The notes beneath the pieces were generated by a model that saw nothing but the letters and a program-made list of their open reading frames with translations, made no database searches and was not told where the DNA came from. Below are positions 21,042 through 26,789 of a DNA stretch of 26,789 nt, in pieces. Each line of letters starts with the position of its first letter. Within the stretch, counting starts at the first letter, position 1. The DNA is from Chiloscyllium plagiosum (taxonomy: Eukaryota), in assembly GCF_004010195.1 (NCBI RefSeq), contig NC_057720.1, forward strand, positions 15,152,687-15,179,475. The letters run 5' to 3'. The position numbers were made by a program, and so were the translations under genes.

Positions 21042-21368
21042 ACAGGGCGCTTGACCACATAATCCTGAGAGGCTCTTCCCCTCCTGGGGCATAGTTTCAG
21101 AATAAAGGGTCATATATTTAAGACTGAATTGAGGAGGAATTTCTTTGAATAAATGCATCTTTTGAATTTTCTACTCCAGAGAGCTGTAGGGATTGAGCCA
21201 TTGATTTATATTCAAAGCTGAGATGATCTGGCTCTTGAAATAGAGGGGAACTGCGTGCTACAAGGAACAATAAGGAAAATAGATTTGAGGGCATGACCAG
21301 ATCAACCAAGCTCTTATTGAATTGTGGAGCAGGTTCGATGGGCTGACTACCTACTCCTGCTATTTTTT
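21042..21368 (+). mobile_element. Old CR1 3' end
   Basis: ggggcatagtttcagaataaagg (GHSFRIK), tttaagactgaattgaggaggaatttc (FKTELRRNF) and 3' UTR ggagcaggttcgatgggctga...cctactcctgct. Confidence 0.85.
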
Positions 21369-21439
21369 TGAGGTAGACGTTTCAATATGTCAGAAGACGG
21401 GCATGTATTCACAATGCCCCTTTCACAACATCAAGGCAT

Positions 21440-22385
21440 TCTAAACCAATTACCCAAATTCACAAACCTGACCACCCCAGTTGATCCATCAACTCCGCCT
21501 GCTCCAGTCCCACCGAATTTATCTCCTCATACCTTGACACTGTCCTATGCCCCTTGGTCCAGGGTCTCCCCACATACATTTGTGAATACCATCCACCCCG
21601 TCTGCCGCCTCCATGATTTTCAGTTCCCCTGCTGCTAATGCGTTGTCTTCACCATGGACATCCAGGCCCTGTACACATCCATCCGCCACAACGTAGACCC
21701 CCAAGCCTTTCGTTTCTTCCTGTCACACCGTCCCAACCAGTACCCTTCCACTGACACGCTCATTCAATTGGCTGAACTGCTCCTTGCCCTCAATTTCCCC
21801 TTCGAATCCTCCCACTTCCACCAGACCAAAGGGGTAGCCATGGGCACCCACATGGGCCCCCGCTATGCCTGCCTGTTCGGGTACATGGAACAGTCCATCT
21901 TCCACAGCTACAATGCACCATTCCCCACCTTTTTCCTCTGCTGCATCGATGACTTTAGTGGTAACACCTTGTGCTCCCACAGAGAGGTTGAACAGTTAAT
22001 CAACTTCACGAGTACCTTTTTGCCCTGACCTCGAGGTTGCCTGGACTATCTCTGACACCTCCCTCCTTTTCCTGGACCTCTCATTCATTCTCCATTTCCT
22101 GTGACTGACTCAACATGGATATCTTTTTCAAGCCCACCGACTCCCACAGCCACCTGGACTACACCTCCCATCCTGCCTCCTGTAAAAACGTTATCTCCTA
22201 TTCCCAACTCCTCTGCCAAATCTGCTCCCTGGTGGACTAATTCCACCATAGAACATCCAAATGGCCTCATCTTTCAAGGACCACAATTTCCCCTCCCATG
22301 TGGTCATTGATGTCCTCCAGCACACTGTCTCCACTTCCTGCACCTCCGCCCTTGAACCCCAATGCAACAAGGACCGAACCCCCCA
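21440..22385 (+). mobile_element. Decayed Penelope-like element reverse transcriptase
   Basis: PKIHKP, PTEFISSYLD, FTMDIQALYTSI (motif A), QTKGVAMGTHMGPRYACLF (motif B), CIDD (motif C), FLDL and FKPTDSHSHLDYTS. Multiple frameshifts. Confidence 0.93.
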
Positions 22386-22400
22386 CCCCATCATCATCAT

Positions 22401-23420
22401 CAAGCCAATTTTGTACCTAATTCGCAAGCTCTCTGAATCCCATATGATCTAACTTTACTAATTAGCCTCCCAGGTGGAATCTTGTCAAAGGTTTTACTAT
22501 AATCCATGTAGACAACATCTACCGCTCTGCCCTCATCAATTTTTTTTTTGGTTACATCTTCAAAGAAAACTCAACCAAGTTTGAGACATGATTTCCCATG
22601 CACAAAGCCACGCTGACTATCCCCAATCAGTCCAAATGCATGTAAATCCTATCTCTCAGAATTCCCTCCAATAACTTATCCATGAACGATGTCAGGCTCA
22701 ATGGTGTATAGTTCCCAGGCTTCTCCTTTATAGATCCTCTTAAATAAAGGCACATTATTAGCCGCCCCCCAGTTCTTCGACACCTGTGCCATGCTGTCGA
22801 ATGATATAAACATCTCTGCTAGGGGGCCCCACAATCTCTTCTCTAACTTCCCACAAAGTTGATCAGGTCCCAGAGGTTTATCCACCTTTGTTTTAAGACT
22901 TTCAGCACTTCTGTAATGAGGACAGTTTTTTTTTTATTTCCCTGAGTTCCCTAGCACCTCCTTTCTTTCTCCACAGTAAAAGCTGACGCAAAATATCTGT
23001 TTCATGTCTCTCCTATCTCCTGAGGTTCAACACAAAGACAACTTTGCACTTAATGTATTTATAGAATCTCTTCGGATTATCCCTAGCCTTGGCAAAATAA
23101 CCTTATCTCTTATCCCCTCTTTGCCCTCTGATTTCCTCTCTTAGGAATGCCTCTGCACCCCTAAAACTCTTCAAGAGATACACTTGATCCCAGTTGTCTG
23201 TATTTATGATGACTTTTTCTCAATATCTTTATTCATCTATTTTTCACAAATCCTGCCAGCATTACCCTTCACTCTAACACGAACATAATGCCTCTGAGCT
23301 CTCATTATCTCACTTCTGAAAATGTCCCACTTGCCAGTCGTCCCTTTACCTATGATTAGTCTACTCCGATCAACTTTGAAAGTGCATGTCTCATAGTCAA
23401 AATTTGCCTTACTCCTAATT
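22401..23420 (-). mobile_element. CR1 LINE ORF2 fragment (linker and RT N-terminus)
   Basis: Reverse DEGRAVDVVYMD, RGFVHGKSCL, DKPLGPDQ and NVPLFKR. Homologous to 12478-12980. Confidence 0.9.
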
Positions 23421-23723
23421 AATGCTGACTGACCTGTTCAGATTTGAAAGTGCCAAAGTGAAGAGCAAGTTGTTGGTGTGCTAGATAACAAATGTAACTC
23501 ATACGTGACTAATCTTCTAATCTCTAGAACCTCTTCAGACTTTCTCCTGCAATCCTGGCAGTGTCCACCAGTGAGCGCTGTCACTGCCATGAGTGATGAT
23601 GCTACCAGCTCATCAGATTGGCCAGCAGCTGTCGAGGGTACTACTTCCTCAAAGGGTACAATTTTAAGTGGCCTCCTGTAGTGCATTCTGGCTGCAGGCT
23701 GGCCTTCCAACAGGCACATTTGG

Positions 23724-24069
23724 CAATAGACAATAGGTGCAGGAGTGGGCCATTCTGCCCTTCGAGCCTGCACCACGATTCAATATGATCATGGCTGATC
23801 ATCCTTAATCAGTATCCTGTTCCTGCCTTATCTCCATAACCCTTGATCCCACAATCCTTGAGAGCTCTATCCAACTCTTTCTTAAGTGAATCCAGAGACT
23901 GGGCCTCCACTGCCCTCTGGGGCAGAGCATTCCACACACCCACCACTCTCTGGGTGAAGAAGTTTCTCCTCATCTCTGTCCTAAATGGTCTACCCCGTAT
24001 TTTTAAGCTGTGTCCTCTGGTTCAGCACTCACCCATCAGCGGAAACATGTTTCCTGCCCCCAGAGTGTC
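23724..24069 (-). mobile_element. Young CR1 3' end with (CAATAGA) tail
   Basis: caatagacaataggtgcaggagtgggccattctgcccttcgagcc. Minus strand gives RNFFTQRVVGVWNALPQRAVEA. Confidence 0.93.
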
Positions 24070-24564
24070 TGGGCAACTTTCATCCTGCACCCTGTTCTCC
24101 ACATGTTTTTACCCAAATCCATCTATAAAGCCATTTTAGTCTCTCAACTGGATGCTAAATTTTGAGTAAGTGAATTCTGCAAGCAATACCCCATCCTGTC
24201 CTGTTTCTGGAGCATTGAGTGTAAATATAAGAGGCTGGGTGGCAGTGGTCATATTGCTGCAACAGGTAATTATAATGTAATGACATCATTGTAGAACCCA
24301 CTTGGGTGGGTCACTGATTTCATTGTTACACAGTACATCAGGACATTGATGGAGCGGCACTGTTGGAGATGGCGCCATGCATTTGTCATGCAGCTAAACT
24401 CTTGACATGCTAAAGCGTCTGACTGCAAAGACTGGCTTCCAGTTGAAGAATGTTAGCATTTTTTGTCTCAACATTACAGCAATAAATATTTTACTTTGGG
24501 CTGCTGTTAAATGTTTAAAAACTGCCAGATAAAAATTTGTTGGAAGTCACAGGCGAATGCCAGT

Positions 24565-24854
24565 AAACCACCTCACAGCACCAGGGTCCCAGGTTCGTTT
24601 CCAGCCTCTGGCGACTCTCTGTGGATTTTGCACATTCTCCCAGTGTCTGCGTGGGTTTCCTCCCGGGTGCTCCGGTTTCCTCCCACAATCCAAAGATGTG
24701 CAGGTCAGCTGAATTGGCCATGCTAAATTGCCCACAGTGATAGATGCATGAGTCAGAGCGAAATGGGTCTGGGTGGGTTACTCTTCGGAGGGTCGGTGTG
24801 GACTGGTTGGGCCAAAGGGCCTGTTTCCACATTGTAGGGAATCTAATCTAATCT
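24565..24854 (+). mobile_element. HE1-type SINE, 5' end degraded, (AATCT)n tail
   Basis: cctcacagcaccagggtcccaggttcgtttcc ... gggccaaagggcctgtttccacattgtagggaatctaatctaatct. Confidence 0.93.
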
Positions 24855-25299
24855 GCTCTGTTGTCATCCCATTGTCAGATTCATGTCCAAGCTTCAACAA
24901 TTCTTGTATTACTTCACCATTAAAAACACTTTGTGTCTGAAGAAATGCTTGCTAACATCTGGCTGAAATCAAGTCTTTCGTAACTGTGCTCTTGTGTTGA
25001 CATTTGAAGTTTACTTTGACTATCCTGTTAAGTATTCTGTGTATCTCCGAAAAGGTCATCTCCCAGCTTGAAGTTGAGTCTGAATTATCGCACATAACTC
25101 CTGCCCCTGGGGGTTTGACCTCGACTGCTTTTTTTTTGGCTGTGTAATCCGGTGACCTGTTTTGTTTGGCAAATTGTTCCTTCATGCTATTTAGACATGG
25201 TGCACTGTGAGGCAATTATCATTGGTTTGCTTTGATTTAATCTCTTACACCACATTCCACCCCCCACCCACCAACTTGAACCTCCCAGACCCAGCTAAT

Positions 25300-26402
25300 A
25301 CAACCACTCCCAGCTTAGTCTTAAAAACAAAGTCACATTTATTGTCACAACATGACAAAACAAAAATTTTATATTCATTGGCTGGAAACTGGTCTTTGGA
25401 ATTGGAGCCTTGAATATACCAAGGGTAAATGTACTTTCGATGACAGCCTCTGCTCCAATCTCCTCCAGGTAAATATTGCAAAGACTAAAAACTTTGGATT
25501 CTACGACAAACTCCACTTATTACTCACCAATTATAGAACATTACAGCACAGTACAGGCCCTTTGGCCCTTGATGTTGCGCTGACCTGTCATACCAATCTG
25601 AAGCCCATCTAACCGACACTATTCCATGAACGTCCATATGCTTGTCCAATGGCGACTTAAATGTACTTTAAGTTGGCGAATCTACTACCGTTGCAGGCAA
25701 AGCATTCCATACCCTTACTACTCTCTGAGTAAAGAAACTACCTCTGACATCTGTCCTATATCTATCACCCCTCAATTTAAAGCTATGCCCCCTCGTGCTT
25801 GCCGTCACCATACTTGGAAAAAGACTCTCCCTGTCCACCCTATCTAACCCTCTGATTATCTTATATGTCTCTCTTAAGTCACCTCTCAACCTTCTTTCTA
25901 ACGAAAACAGCCTCTATCCCTTGGTCTAACAACTGTCTTGAGGCTGAACCAAACTAGTCACGTTTGACATTTCAATGTGCATCTAACCACATAGATGTAC
26001 TGTCTCAAACCACCTCCTTTCACTTCTGTAATTGGATAATGTTCTTCAGATCCACTGATGCCCCCGCTTATCTGTGGCTGAAACCTTCATCCGCGTGCTT
26101 ACTTCAAGATCTGCCTATTCTAAAGCATTTTGGGTTAGTCTCCTATATCTGTAAGTTTCGGTTTACCTTTGTACTTTGCTCTGAATTGCTTTTGTCCATT
26201 ATCTCTGTACTCACTAACTTACTTTGGCTCCTGGTTAAACAGCATCTTGATATTAAAATTCTCATCTTTTTTGTCAAATCCTTCCTTATTTCTGTAAGCT
26301 GTTTCAGTTCCACAACCCACTAAGATAATGTGCGTTGTCAGAATATCTCTGATCATAATTGCTCCACTCTTAGTGGCTAGGCTTTCAGCTTACTAAGGCC
26401 CT
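25300..26402 (+). mobile_element. Old L2 LINE, split by a CR1 at 25533-25913
   Basis: HDKTKILY (ADDTQLY-like), SNLLQVNIAKT (NFLQLNIGKT), LRLNQT, AETFI and VLTNLLWLLVKQHLDIKILIFFVKS (VLADLHWLPVKQRLDFKIL). Confidence 0.82.
25533..25913 (-). mobile_element. Young CR1 3' end nested in L2
   Basis: ORF 25668-25889 reads RGDLRETYKIIRGLDRVD...TRGHSFKL...FFTQRVVRVWNALP. Tail is atagaaca. Confidence 0.95.
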
Positions 26403-26789
26403 TAGAACATAGAACATAGAAGCAATACAGGCCCTTCGGCCCTCGATGTTGCGCCGATCCAAGCCCACTATCCTCCATATGCCTATCCAATGCCCGCTTA
26501 AATGCCCATAATGAGGGAGAGTCCACCACTGCTACTGGTAGGGCATTCCATGAACTCACGGCTCGCTAAGTAAAGAACCTACCCCTAACATCTGTCCTAT
26601 ACCTACCCCCCCCTTAACTTAAAGCTATGCCCCCTTGTAATAGCTGACTCCATACGTGGAAAAAGATTCTCACTGTCGACCCTATCTAAACCCCTAATCA
26701 TCTTGTACACCTCTATCAAGTCACCCCTAAACCTTCTTTTCTCCAATGAAAACAACCCCAAGTGCCTCAGCCCTTCCTCATACGATCTT
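26403..26789 (-). mobile_element. Young CR1 3' end with (AGAACAT)n tail, runs off the window
   Basis: tagaacatagaacatagaa tail, and WNALPVAVVDSPSLWAFKRALDRH on the minus strand. Confidence 0.95.

Noticed and set aside
21654..22028. 124-aa ORF as a functional RT gene (retron or telomerase-like)
   Set aside because: It is a slice of a frameshifted PLE RT with a degenerate catalytic motif (CIDD) and stops or frameshifts on either side.
23478..23720. Ser/Ala-rich ORF as an exon
   Set aside because: The splice signals are weak and no protein is recognisable. It is more likely an old repeat remnant between CR1s.
24952..25215. 87-aa minus-strand ORF and three AGGTCA/TGACCT half sites
   Set aside because: There is no recognisable domain or convincing splice pair, and the half sites are not in a canonical spacing.
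25964..26323. 119-aa hydrophobic ORF as a membrane protein
   Set aside because: Its C-terminal part is decayed L2 ORF2 (LHWLP region).

Overview
Non-coding, repeat-dense vertebrate DNA, almost certainly from a shark (HE1-type SINEs, Deu-domain SINEs, shark-type CR1 LINEs). The HE1 form suggests a carpet/bamboo shark, but that is inference. I recognise no intact protein-coding gene: the ORF track is mostly explained by decayed retroelements or chance. The window holds five HE1 SINEs, about ten CR1 fragments (one ~1.6 kb RT piece, one endonuclease piece), L2 and other old LINE remnants, several DeuSINE remnants, three copies of a ~110-bp tRNA-derived SINE, a Tigger-like MITE and a decayed Penelope-like (PLE) RT. 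The most notable structure is a set of short PLE-terminus elements forming asymmetric palindromes, some with target-site duplications, whose centre or break point falls on a minimal hammerhead-ribozyme motif. Also of note are a repeat-SINE-repeat-SINE-repeat cassette and two weak orphan exon candidates. I found no convincing wholly new biological system. Family names come from remembered consensus motifs, not database searches, and the boundaries of old elements are approximate.
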